Assembly (NCBI GenBank): GCA_963816145.1
Contig: CAWFJP010000015.1
Coordinates: forward strand, 128,001-192,000
Length of the DNA: 64,000 nt
Origin: an uncultured delta proteobacterium
GTDB lineage: Bacteria > Desulfobacterota > Binatia > UBA9968
Direction: 5' to 3'
Shown piece after piece: positions 52,793 to 60,779 of the stretch (positions are counted from its first letter, which is position 1; each line of letters starts with the position of its first letter). A program made the translations under genes and the position numbers. Under the pieces are notes generated by a model. It was not told the origin of the DNA and ran no database searches. It was given only the letters and a program-made list of their open reading frames with translations.

Positions 52793-52859
52793 ACTTAACG
52801 TTTGAATTCACCGGCCTGCGCGGCTTTTTGCGCAGGTTCGGTGGAATGATGGGTTGGGC
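52793..52859 (-). repeat. attC site (67 bp)
   Basis: ACTTAAC ... GTTGGGC with a clean stem; core is the exact complement of the GFA cassette inverse core. Confidence 0.92.
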
Positions 52860-52889
52860 CGCACTTTCTGCGCCATTTCTATGCTGCCC

Positions 52890-53231
52890 TCAGGACTGCG
52901 GATCGAACCCGAAGACACGTAGCTCTTGATCACAGCGACAGGCCTTCGCGATGCGCGCGGCCCACGCGACGGCTTCTTCACGCGAGGGGAGTTCAAGCAC
53001 AGTGAAGCCGCCGTCAATCGGGGGCGCCCATGGGTAGCCGCCCTCGGCGACTGAGCCGTCGGCCGCTACAAGCACAGGCGGCACGCCTTCGTCGATGCCA
53101 CCGCCGAAAACGTAGACGCCGGCGTCCTTCGCCTCCTCGATCACAGCGTGCGCGTCGCGGCCCACCGCCTCCCACGCGTCTTCGGGCACGACCATCGCAG
53201 CGCTGGGAAAGGAGATCAGGTACTTGGCCAT
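52890..53231 (-). CDS. YCII-related protein (cassette)
   Basis: AGVYVFGGG, GGFTVLELPSREEA. Confidence 0.8.
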   Translation of the reverse strand: MAKYLISFPSAAMVVPEDAWEAVGRDAHAVIEEAKDAGVYVFGGGIDEGVPPVLVAADGSVAEGGYPWAPPIDGGFTVLELPSREEAVAWAARIAKACRCDQELRVFGFDPQS

Positions 53232-53279
53232 GGTGCTATTTCCTTTGGAGATTGATGTCGGTCGTGAAGCAAGTGTGCG

Positions 53280-53377
53280 GCCCAACGCGCCGGCTAAGCA
53301 GCGGCCCGCGCCGAACTGGCGAATCCGTTTCTGATCAGCCCCACACACGGGCCGACTGCTTCAGCCGGATGTTGGGC
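53280..53377 (-). repeat. attC site (98 bp)
   Basis: GCCCAAC ... GTTGGGC; ggctaagcag / ctgcttcagcc L boxes. Confidence 0.9.
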
Positions 53378-53392
53378 TGGGTAGCCTGGACC

Positions 53393-54265
53393 TCATGACG
53401 TCGCCTCGCGGTACCCAGCCGCGATGGCTGCGCGAAATTCCTCGCTCTCGTGGCTCTCGAGATTCATCGTAATCAACTGGCGGAGTGCCTTGGACGAGTG
53501 AGCGAGAAGGTATTCCCCGCTGGGTTGGCCCTGGAAATGAAGAATCCCCGCAAGCGCAAGTTGCCGCTGAGCCGTCCAGAGCCTCCCACTCAAATCGTCA
53601 ACGTACAAAAAGACGGGTCCGCCACTGAATCCACCAGCATCCGGCGAGTCTTCATGCTTGCCGGTGTCCAGCTGAAAGACCTCCACCCAGTTAATGGCGA
53701 CGTCGTCGGGTCGGGCACCTTCCGGGCACGCCACGAAGTGCGACGACACGATGTTCGTGGTAACTATCATGTCAGTCGATCGGTCTTGGAGGCGCCGCGG
53801 AAGGCCGGCGACGATACAGAACCGCCCAGATACGACCCTCGGATTCGCTTCCCGGAGCCGGAGATTGACTGCCGCGATGCCGGGGACGTCTATGAAGACC
53901 TCTGGTCGCGGTACTATCACGGCAAGGTCGAGTTCGTTCGACCGCCAGTTCCGACCACGACGGGAATCGGACCGTACCGTACAGAGCGGCGAGTACGTTC
54001 TCTTCGGGGCCGGTTGTGGTCCGGAGGCAGACTGAGGTCCTGGGAATACAAGACAAGGCGAATCAAGAAGCGAGAGTTTGGTGGCGACATGCGCGGCCGT
54101 TGCGATCGCCCAGGTACCTTCGATAGCGACGATTACGCCAGCCCCGAAGAAGTCAGCGTCTCCTTCCGAGATGAATCCCACGAGGTGTCGGGAGCAGTGC
54201 GCGTAGAGGAGTGCTCTCTCCTCGTCCTTGAGAATTGCGTACTTCGCGTCGGCCTTGGTCATCAT
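53393..54265 (-). CDS. Trypsin-like serine protease-like protein (cassette)
   Basis: TAAHV, DLAV, GGFSGGPVF triad-like motifs. Confidence 0.6.
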   Translation of the reverse strand: MMTKADAKYAILKDEERALLYAHCSRHLVGFISEGDADFFGAGVIVAIEGTWAIATAAHVATKLSLLDSPCLVFPGPQSASGPQPAPKRTYSPLCTVRSDSRRGRNWRSNELDLAVIVPRPEVFIDVPGIAAVNLRLREANPRVVSGRFCIVAGLPRRLQDRSTDMIVTTNIVSSHFVACPEGARPDDVAINWVEVFQLDTGKHEDSPDAGGFSGGPVFLYVDDLSGRLWTAQRQLALAGILHFQGQPSGEYLLAHSSKALRQLITMNLESHESEEFRAAIAAGYREATS

Positions 54266-54283
54266 GCCTCTCAAGTCCCCTCA

Positions 54284-54370
54284 GCCCAACGCCATGCGGC
54301 TAAGCCGTGGCGAATCAGCGAGCCTGTAAGGCGAGCGTTTTCGACATCAGTCTTAAGCCGCGGGTTAGGC
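54284..54370 (-). repeat. attC site (87 bp), family A
   Basis: GCCCAAC ... GTTAGGC; near-identical to the sites at 61282 and 63536. Confidence 0.9.
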
Positions 54371-54378
54371 AGTCGTCG

Positions 54379-54700
54379 GGATTCCGGGGACAGAATACCA
54401 GTTTTTTACGATGCATATTCATACCGACGTCCCGCTTTGTAATCAGATCACGCCCCGTTAACCGCTCAATCGTTTCGATGAACTGCTCGCTACCGGCGGG
54501 CCGACAGGCACGAATTCCTCGTAGCAAGGTCGGCCTTGCGATCGCTATCAGTTTGGAAAATGGGAATAAATCGTACGCCGCGCTGAGTGACGTGATGCGG
54601 ATACCGGGCGCTACCTCTCTGGAAATTCGCGCCATCCACGAAACCCTAGTCCAGCCCAATGTCTTCAGTCGAAAAAATTAGCATTGTGTCCGCGAAATTC
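54379..54700 (-). mobile_element. Internally deleted REP-associated tyrosine transposase (RAYT-like) element
   Basis: MARISR..APG(Y)PHHVTQRG joined to C-terminal RPAGSEQFIETIERLTGRDL; imperfect ~29-bp inverted ends. Confidence 0.7.
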
Positions 54701-54749
54701 TCCCCGGAATTCTGCCCCAGCGCCGGAATTGCCTGCAAAACCGCTCAGG

Positions 54750-55190
54750 CTAGTCTTTGCCCCATCCGCTGACGACCTCGGGCCGCACCCGGAACTGCAC
54801 CCGTCGCTCTCCCGGGGCGCGATACGGGTATTCTTCCACTCCGAGATACTTCTTGGCAAGGCGGTTGATCCCCGCGCCGGCGCCCTGCTCTTCACTAATG
54901 ACCTGGACCACGCGGCCACGCAGGCCGAGGTTGCGGTAGGGGTTTTCAGGATCAAGGACACTGAGCGCGACGGGGCTCCCGAGGCGAAGGGCGTTGGCCT
55001 TGGTCCGTCCCTCCGCTGTGTTGAGAATGATATCCTCACCGTCCAGATCCACCCACATCGCCGATACGTGAGGTGTCCCGTCTGGCAAAACGATGCCAAC
55101 GTGAACGAGCACCGGCTTCTCGAGCATCTGGCGCTCCTTCGCGGTCAACTGCCGATGCCCCACCGTCATGTTTGGATGCTGCAGAGCCAT
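54750..55190 (-). CDS. PPOX class F420-dependent oxidoreductase-like protein (cassette)
   Basis: DGTPHVSAMW, NTAEGRTK, DPENPYR, LAKKYLG. Confidence 0.85.
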   Translation of the reverse strand: MALQHPNMTVGHRQLTAKERQMLEKPVLVHVGIVLPDGTPHVSAMWVDLDGEDIILNTAEGRTKANALRLGSPVALSVLDPENPYRNLGLRGRVVQVISEEQGAGAGINRLAKKYLGVEEYPYRAPGERRVQFRVRPEVVSGWGKD

Positions 55191-55207
55191 CTCTCTCCTC
55201 CTGTCCT

Positions 55208-55305
55208 GTCTAACGGCTCAACGTTCAGCCGCAAGCCGCGCGCCCGACGTTTCATATTCGAATTCTCGTTGCACGCGGCTTGACGGCTGCAACGTTTTGT
55301 TAGGC
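55208..55305 (-). repeat. attC site (98 bp)
   Basis: GTCTAAC ... GTTAGGC; cagccgcaagccgcg / cgcggcttgacggctg stem. Confidence 0.92.
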
Positions 55306-55318
55306 CAAACTCCCGTAA

Positions 55319-55843
55319 TCATTTGTCTCTTAGGGTTCGTGGAGCTTGAAAATGTTGCGCGCTACGTTTTGCCCAATACGCATGCTGCATTTCTACAAGC
55401 GGGATCAACGCCGCATCAGCGGCATTTATGGTTTTATGTACTTCCAAAGTTCCGCCAAGCAATATCTGTCTATCTCGGAAGACTGTTACGGACTGCGCCA
55501 CCTGAATAGTCGGCCCAGTTGGTCCTGACGCATCAACCCAAGGTTCGTGTTTTGAGTTCATGCCTAGATAGTTATCGTCATGCTCCCTTTTGTTTCGTAG
55601 GAATTGAGCATCTACCGACGCTAGAAAAACATCCATATCAGTCACTGCAACGTTAAGTGTCTTTAGTTTTGACGCCCACCTACAAGCCTTGTAGGCGACA
55701 TTGATAAAAAACTGTTCCTCCATCCGCGATGTAGTGTGGGTAACATGTCCTTCTGCCTTGTATGATTCAAGAAGGCGATTTCCCTGATATATCACCGCTT
55801 GAAGCCAGTAAATCGCTTGTTCAAGATCCTGTAATTCTTCCAT
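55319..55843 (-). CDS. Hypothetical protein, first cassette (AT-rich)
   Basis: ORF starts 10 bp after the GTTAGGC core; ends before attC. Confidence 0.7.
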   Translation of the reverse strand: MEELQDLEQAIYWLQAVIYQGNRLLESYKAEGHVTHTTSRMEEQFFINVAYKACRWASKLKTLNVAVTDMDVFLASVDAQFLRNKREHDDNYLGMNSKHEPWVDASGPTGPTIQVAQSVTVFRDRQILLGGTLEVHKTINAADAALIPLVEMQHAYWAKRSAQHFQAPRTLRDK

Positions 55844-55852
55844 ATACAGATG

Positions 55853-55890
55853 GCCTAACCAAGATTATCGAGTTCCGTATAGACCCGCAG
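55853..55890 (-). other. Putative attI site
   Basis: Minus-strand GTTAGGC core matching the first cassette's inverse core, with no attC-like palindrome upstream; 160 bp after the intI stop. Confidence 0.7.
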
Positions 55891-56020
55891 TTCGGCAGTT
55901 CTTCAGTATAGTATGGTTCGTGGTTTGTCAGTTGGCCTGCTTTTACAATAGGGACCACTGACTTGTAAAGCGTTCTCTGATGACCTAATCCGATAAATAC
56001 CGAAGGCTTCTTCTGTATAT

Positions 56021-57103
56021 TCAGACGCCTTTGATTTCGGAGTTTAATACCGAGCCTAAACTGTCGGCAGGGCTCCGTACTCCCCGTCCACCCCGATTTA
56101 ATACGTGGGTATAAACCATCGTCGTACTGACATCCCTGTGACCCAATAGCTCTTGGACCGTCCGGATATCGTAGCCGTCTTCAAGCAGGTGAGTGGCAAA
56201 AGAATGGCGAAAAGTGTGCGGGCTTGCCGGTTTGGGTATCCCCGCTTTCTGTGCAGCCTCTTTCACCGCTCTCTGTAACACAGACTCATGAAGATGATGC
56301 CGGCGTTTCTCGCCAGTAACGCGATCGGTGAAGTGGTGGGGCGCTGGGAATACCCACTGCCAGCCCCACTCTTTGCCGGCGTTCGGATACTTGCGATCGA
56401 GAGCGTTCGGCAATGCAACGCGACCCAGTCCTTTCTCGATATCTTCCTGATGTTGACCTCGAACCGCTTCGATATGTCTGAATAGAGATTCTTTGATCGC
56501 TCTCGGCAGCATCGTGTGACGATCTTTATCGCCTTTGCCGGCTCGCACGACGATCTCGTTGCGGGAGAAATCGATATCCTTGACCCGCAGATGACAGCAT
56601 TCCATCAGTCGCAAACCACCACCGTACAGAAGTATCGCCATCAAACGTGGCGCCCCGCTCATCCGATCGATCACTTTTTTCACTTCCTCCTTCGTGAGCA
56701 CGACCGGCAATCTCAGGGGCCGCTTCGCACGGACGACGCCGTCGATCAGTCCGATCTTTTTGTCCAGCACTTCTTTGTAAAGAAATAGAAGCGCGTTGAA
56801 GGCTTGGTTCTGTGTCGATGCACTAACGTGGCCGTCGCTCGCCAAGCTTGAAAGAAAGCTCGCGATCTCCGCCTCCGCCATTTCTTGTGGGTGCCGCTTG
56901 TCATGGAAAAAGATATAACGCTTGATCCAATGAACATAGGCTTTTTCGGTCTTATCGCTGTAGTGCCGCGTGCGGATCGCTTGCCTCACTTGGTCGATTA
57001 GTTTTGGTTTCTGACTCATTGGAAGCAGCTGAGAATTCAAGCCACCCTCGATTGCTGCCAGCGTGGGATTTATTGAACTCGGCGCATTGGTGGCGTTAAT
57101 CAT
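56021..57103 (-). CDS. intI: Integron integrase
   Basis: [19 protein letters not shown], IntI-specific [16 protein letters not shown] and [28 protein letters not shown]. Confidence 0.96.
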   Translation of the reverse strand: MINATNAPSSINPTLAAIEGGLNSQLLPMSQKPKLIDQVRQAIRTRHYSDKTEKAYVHWIKRYIFFHDKRHPQEMAEAEIASFLSSLASDGHVSASTQNQAFNALLFLYKEVLDKKIGLIDGVVRAKRPLRLPVVLTKEEVKKVIDRMSGAPRLMAILLYGGGLRLMECCHLRVKDIDFSRNEIVVRAGKGDKDRHTMLPRAIKESLFRHIEAVRGQHQEDIEKGLGRVALPNALDRKYPNAGKEWGWQWVFPAPHHFTDRVTGEKRRHHLHESVLQRAVKEAAQKAGIPKPASPHTFRHSFATHLLEDGYDIRTVQELLGHRDVSTTMVYTHVLNRGGRGVRSPADSLGSVLNSEIKGV

Positions 57104-57117
57104 GACATCCTCCTACG

Positions 57118-57417
57118 TCATCCCGCGTAACGCAGCGATTGCTTCCCCACCGGCTGCCTCGCTATATTCTCCTCCCGCTTCCCCTCATACCGCGCCTGCA
57201 AATCGAGCCAGTAGCGCTCCGACATGCCGAAGTAATGCGCCAGTCGGTGCGCGATGTCGGCGTCGATGGCGCGCTGGCCCTGGACGATCTCGTACACCCG
57301 CCGCGTCGGCACACCGATGTCGCGGGCGAGATGCCAAACGCTGATTCCTTTCGGAGCTAAAAACTCCTCCAATAAAACTCTACCTGGGTGCGTCTTCGAA
57401 AAGCGATTAGTGGTCAT
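57118..57417 (-). CDS. higA: HigA-family antitoxin (no adjacent toxin)
   Basis: HPGRVLLEEFL, HTH, YWLDLQARY. Confidence 0.85.
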   Translation of the reverse strand: MTTNRFSKTHPGRVLLEEFLAPKGISVWHLARDIGVPTRRVYEIVQGQRAIDADIAHRLAHYFGMSERYWLDLQARYEGKREENIARQPVGKQSLRYAG

Positions 57418-57452
57418 CGTTACTCCTTGTCTAGTTTACTGAGGTTCAATAC

Positions 57453-57482
57453 GTTCAAATCGTTCAAGCCGTTCAAAACGTT
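57453..57482. repeat. Left arm of a 30-bp inverted repeat (9-bp CGTTCAA units)
   Basis: gttcaaatcgttcaagccgttcaaaacgtt. Confidence 0.9.
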
Positions 57483-57493
57483 TCGGATCGGAT

Positions 57494-57910
57494 TTAAGGT
57501 GTCGAACCTTTGGATTTGTTCGACGCACTATACTTTGGTCCCTTCAGTGAGCTGCGTTTTAGGTAGTCGATCAGGTTACTGATCATGATGGATAAGCGAC
57601 GAAATGATTGGCTGGCATCGTCACAATCTTTCTGCGCGACATAAGCCTGATCAAAAGCTACGTAAAGTTGTGAGCGCACCTCGCCACACGACGCTTTGGC
57701 AACATAAAGAAATTGAATAAACTCTTGGTTTCCGCCGCGTTCGAATCCTTCGGCGATATTGGACATGACCGACATTGACGCCCGGCGAATTTGATCCCGC
57801 AACGCGAAGTCCTTAGCGAACCCGGTGTCTTTGGTCATCTGGTAAATTGCCTTTGTAAGCAGTCGCGCATCTTTCCAAATCTCGAGGTCTTCAAAGTTTT
57901 TCACTTCCAT
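57494..57910 (-). CDS. Four helix bundle protein (23S rRNA IVP-like)
   Basis: FEDLEIWK, DQIRRASMSVMSNIAEGFER, ASCGEVRSQL. Confidence 0.92.
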   Translation of the reverse strand: MEVKNFEDLEIWKDARLLTKAIYQMTKDTGFAKDFALRDQIRRASMSVMSNIAEGFERGGNQEFIQFLYVAKASCGEVRSQLYVAFDQAYVAQKDCDDASQSFRRLSIMISNLIDYLKRSSLKGPKYSASNKSKGSTP

Positions 57911-57934
57911 TGTCTCCCCCTCCTTAACGATTTG

Positions 57935-57964
57935 AACGTTTTGAACGGCTTGAACGATTGGAAC
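57935..57964. repeat. Right arm of the 30-bp inverted repeat
   Basis: aacgttttgaacggcttgaacgattggaac; reverse complement matches the left arm at 29/30. Confidence 0.9.
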
Positions 57965-57971
57965 TCATTTT

Positions 57972-59516
57972 TCATTCGGTCATTCGACCGCGCCCTGTAA
58001 GAAACCACCGCCGTCTCACCCGGTCGTAATAGAGCCAAAGCAAATCGCCGCCGCGGGTTTCGGCGTAGTAGTATTCGCGCTGGATCTCGCGGTTCCACCA
58101 GCCGCCGGCGAAGACGTAGGGGCCGGTGAGTTTGTCGATGTTGCCGTGCTTGGGGCCCAAGACGAGCCAGCCGTCTTCGTGGCTGTGATACGGACCGCCG
58201 GCAAGACGCTGCGGTTTTTGGCTCACGCGGCGGATCAATGTTTTCGAATTGGCGAGGTTCAATTCGTTTAAATCGTTCAAACCGTTCAAAACGTTTTGGG
58301 GAAGACGAATACGAGTCACAGGCTCCCAGGTAAATCTCGCTTCGGGCAGATGGCCGTCGGTGAGCTTGGCCGAGACCACCGCGTCGTCGCCGAACTCGGC
58401 ACGCAAACGCGCCAGCGCGCGGTTGGCGGCTTCGAGATCGCGCGTCGGTTTTTCGTTGAACAAACGCAACTGTTCGCTGGTCGCCGTGCAGGCTTCGGCG
58501 CTGAGTTCGATTTCGATGGCGCCGGCGGCGAGCCGAAGCGACTCCAGGCGCAGCCGGACGAGATCGAGAAGCTGCACCGCATCGAGGGTCGGCACCGCGG
58601 GACGCAGCGATTCTTTGAAACGGTCGCCGTGATCGATCAGCAACGACAACCAGAGAACGACCAGCGCCTGATGGCGCGCGGCGAGTGTGCTCAACAAGGG
58701 ATGGAGCAACTGCTTGATCAAAAACAACAGCCGGGTGCTGTCGCTCTCGGCGTCGTCGAGAATTATCGTCTGGCGCGCCGGTTCCACTGGCGCGTTCGGC
58801 GCCAGCGGCGCCCACAGTTCGCCGGCAGCCATGCGGTGGAGACGATAAGCTTCCTTGCCGAAACGCTCGCGCAACCCGCCCGGCGGCAAGGACAACAGCG
58901 CGCCGACGGTGGTGATGCCGAGCTTGAATAGCGCATCGCGAAACTTGGGCTCGATGTTCAAACGGTTGAGCGGCACGGCGCCGGCCGCCTGCCGTTCTTC
59001 AGCGCCGTTGCGAAAGATGGTGATCCCCGCCTTGTTTTTGGCGATCGCATAGCTGCCGAAGCGGCTGAAACCGACGGCGAGATTGGCATTGAATCCCTGG
59101 GCTCCGAGATCTTGCTGTATAACGCTGGCCCACTGTTTGGGCGAAGCATAGAGACGCTGCAGACCGCTGCCGTTCAACCAAAAGACGCCGGGCTCCTGCG
59201 CCGCCGGCTCGACCTCGGGAGTAAAGCGCATCAGCCGCTCGGTCAATTCGCCCAGCGCTGTTTCACTCTCAGCCGCCGACACTTCGCCGGCGCGCAGCGT
59301 CGACGCGAGGGAGAACGCCGCGGCGTAGCGCAGACCGGGCAGCACCCCCTGCCGGCGCGCGCTTTCATTGACCCACAGCACTAAACCCTGCGGCTTGTCC
59401 TGCGTCACCACCGCCGCCGGATAACCGGCCCAGTCGGGATGACGCCTGAGCAAGAGCTGCAATGGGAACGCCGGCAGATCAACACAGGCCAGCCGGCCCG
59501 CTATAGAGCTCTTCAT
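57972..59516 (-). CDS. imuB: ImuB, Y-family polymerase-like protein
   Basis: LACVDLPAFPLQ, FTPEVE, HLPEARF, GGWW..EIQREYY; follows imuA. Confidence 0.88.
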   Translation of the reverse strand: MKSSIAGRLACVDLPAFPLQLLLRRHPDWAGYPAAVVTQDKPQGLVLWVNESARRQGVLPGLRYAAAFSLASTLRAGEVSAAESETALGELTERLMRFTPEVEPAAQEPGVFWLNGSGLQRLYASPKQWASVIQQDLGAQGFNANLAVGFSRFGSYAIAKNKAGITIFRNGAEERQAAGAVPLNRLNIEPKFRDALFKLGITTVGALLSLPPGGLRERFGKEAYRLHRMAAGELWAPLAPNAPVEPARQTIILDDAESDSTRLLFLIKQLLHPLLSTLAARHQALVVLWLSLLIDHGDRFKESLRPAVPTLDAVQLLDLVRLRLESLRLAAGAIEIELSAEACTATSEQLRLFNEKPTRDLEAANRALARLRAEFGDDAVVSAKLTDGHLPEARFTWEPVTRIRLPQNVLNGLNDLNELNLANSKTLIRRVSQKPQRLAGGPYHSHEDGWLVLGPKHGNIDKLTGPYVFAGGWWNREIQREYYYAETRGGDLLWLYYDRVRRRWFLTGRGRMTE

Positions 59517-60075
59517 AATTCCAGGTCGGACCGCGCCGCTTGTCCTTGAGCACGCGCAAAGCGCACGCGAAGCGATTACCTTCGACGCGTTTTTTCTCGG
59601 CATGGGCGCGCAGGGAAACCAGCGAACCGAGAGAAAAAGCCCCGTGCGTTTTTTCCGTCAAACAAATCAGCGCCGTGTGATGACGATGCGCCAGGCCGGT
59701 CAAGCGCGTCTGCAGCGGCATCGGAATATCGGCAGCGCCGAGATCGAGCACAATGACGCCGAAACCGCCGGAGCGCAGGAGCTTTTCGCCGGCGCGGGCG
59801 ATGCTGTCGGCGCGGGCTAAACGCACCACCACCAACGCCGCCAGATCGGTGCCGCCTTGAGCGACATCCGGCGGATAGAAAGAATGTTCCGCCAAAGTAA
59901 TCCAACCCACCGGCTCGCCATGCGCCTGCGCCTCGCGAATCAAAGTAAACGTCAGCGTCAACGCTGCTGAAGCCGCCGCTCCGGAGATCTCGACGAATCG
60001 CCCGGCGACCTCGTCAAGCGTCCACGGCGTCGCTACAGCAGCGGGACGAAGTCTTTGTGTGGAAGATAACGCCAT
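59479..60075 (-). CDS. imuA: ImuA, RecA-like protein
   Basis: GRFVEISG, FYPPD, LLRSGGFGVIVLD. Confidence 0.85.
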   Translation of the reverse strand: MALSSTQRLRPAAVATPWTLDEVAGRFVEISGAAASAALTLTFTLIREAQAHGEPVGWITLAEHSFYPPDVAQGGTDLAALVVVRLARADSIARAGEKLLRSGGFGVIVLDLGAADIPMPLQTRLTGLAHRHHTALICLTEKTHGAFSLGSLVSLRAHAEKKRVEGNRFACALRVLKDKRRGPTWNYEELYSGPAGLC

Positions 60076-60231
60076 AGATGAAAACTCCAGGAAAGCTGTC
60101 CTGCCTTGAGTGGGACACAAACGAACGGAGATCAGCAACCGACAACAGCTTCAGATCGGCAGGATCGAACTGCTACAGAAAAGTAACGTCGCGTTCGAAA
60201 AATGTAGAAAATGGTGGAAGGGGGAAGCTTT

Positions 60232-60281
60232 ATTTAACGCTATGCCGCTGACCTGGAATCGGGTCAAGCGGTGGGTTAGGC
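60232..60281 (-). repeat. attC site (50 bp)
   Basis: ATTTAAC ... GTTAGGC overlapping the stop codon; ccgctgacc / ggtcaagcgg stem. Confidence 0.8.
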
Positions 60282-60485
60282 TCTGCGCGACCGTTTGTGT
60301 TTTGCGATCAGCTCCCGAACCGTTGCAACCAACTCTTTCGGCACTTCCATGAGGGCTTGAGTAGAATCCTCATATACCGCCTCATCCTCGGCGACCGCCT
60401 CTTCTTCCGTTTGCTGCTCGTAATGCTTGAGCACTCGACGTACTTTTCGCTCGTCCCAACCGGTTGGAAATTTACTCTGTTTCAT
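60276..60485 (-). CDS. Putative antitoxin
   Basis: Small acidic ORF overlapping the toxin-like gene; HYEQQTEEEAVAEDE. Confidence 0.6.
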   Translation of the reverse strand: MKQSKFPTGWDERKVRRVLKHYEQQTEEEAVAEDEAVYEDSTQALMEVPKELVATVRELIAKHKRSRRA

Positions 60486-60778
60486 CTCTTTCCTTTTCTA
60501 CGTAAGCGTCTTCGATAGGCTAATAATGGCTTGCCGCGCAACTCGTATGCTGTAATCACAAAGACGCTGTCCGGTTGCGGGTCTGGAACATAAATCACCC
60601 GAAGATAACGCCCGGCTCGTGTTTTACCTATTGCTACACGTGCCCCTTCCCGGCCGGGACGATCCTCCCCGGGGGATGAAAGCACATCGATAACTTCTTC
60701 CTCATCGATTCCGTGATTGTGGATGTGAGGAACTTCCGTTTGCTGCAGCGCATGGTTAGGCTCTTCTTTCTTCGTCAT
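60482..60778 (-). CDS. BrnT/DUF4258-like toxin with attC-derived N-terminus
   Basis: HGIDEEEV, GKTRAGRYLRVIY, VITAYEL. Confidence 0.65.
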   Translation of the reverse strand: MTKKEEPNHALQQTEVPHIHNHGIDEEEVIDVLSSPGEDRPGREGARVAIGKTRAGRYLRVIYVPDPQPDSVFVITAYELRGKPLLAYRRRLRRKGKR

Positions 60779-60779
60779 G

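Noticed and set aside
53450-54442. 330-aa plus-strand ORF
   Set aside because: Antisense to the cassette gene and runs through an attC site
57441-57482. GTTC repeats as LexA boxes
   Set aside because: The period is 9 bp (GTTC-N5-GTTC), not the GTTC-N7-GTTC or GAAC-N4-GTTC patterns
57494-57910. Diversity-generating retroelement or rRNA intervening sequence
   Set aside because: No reverse transcriptase, TR/VR pair or rRNA sequence in the window
60193-60207. Candidate SOS box GTTC-N7-GTAG upstream of imuA
   Set aside because: Imperfect, single occurrence, and the lineage motif is unknown; not supportable
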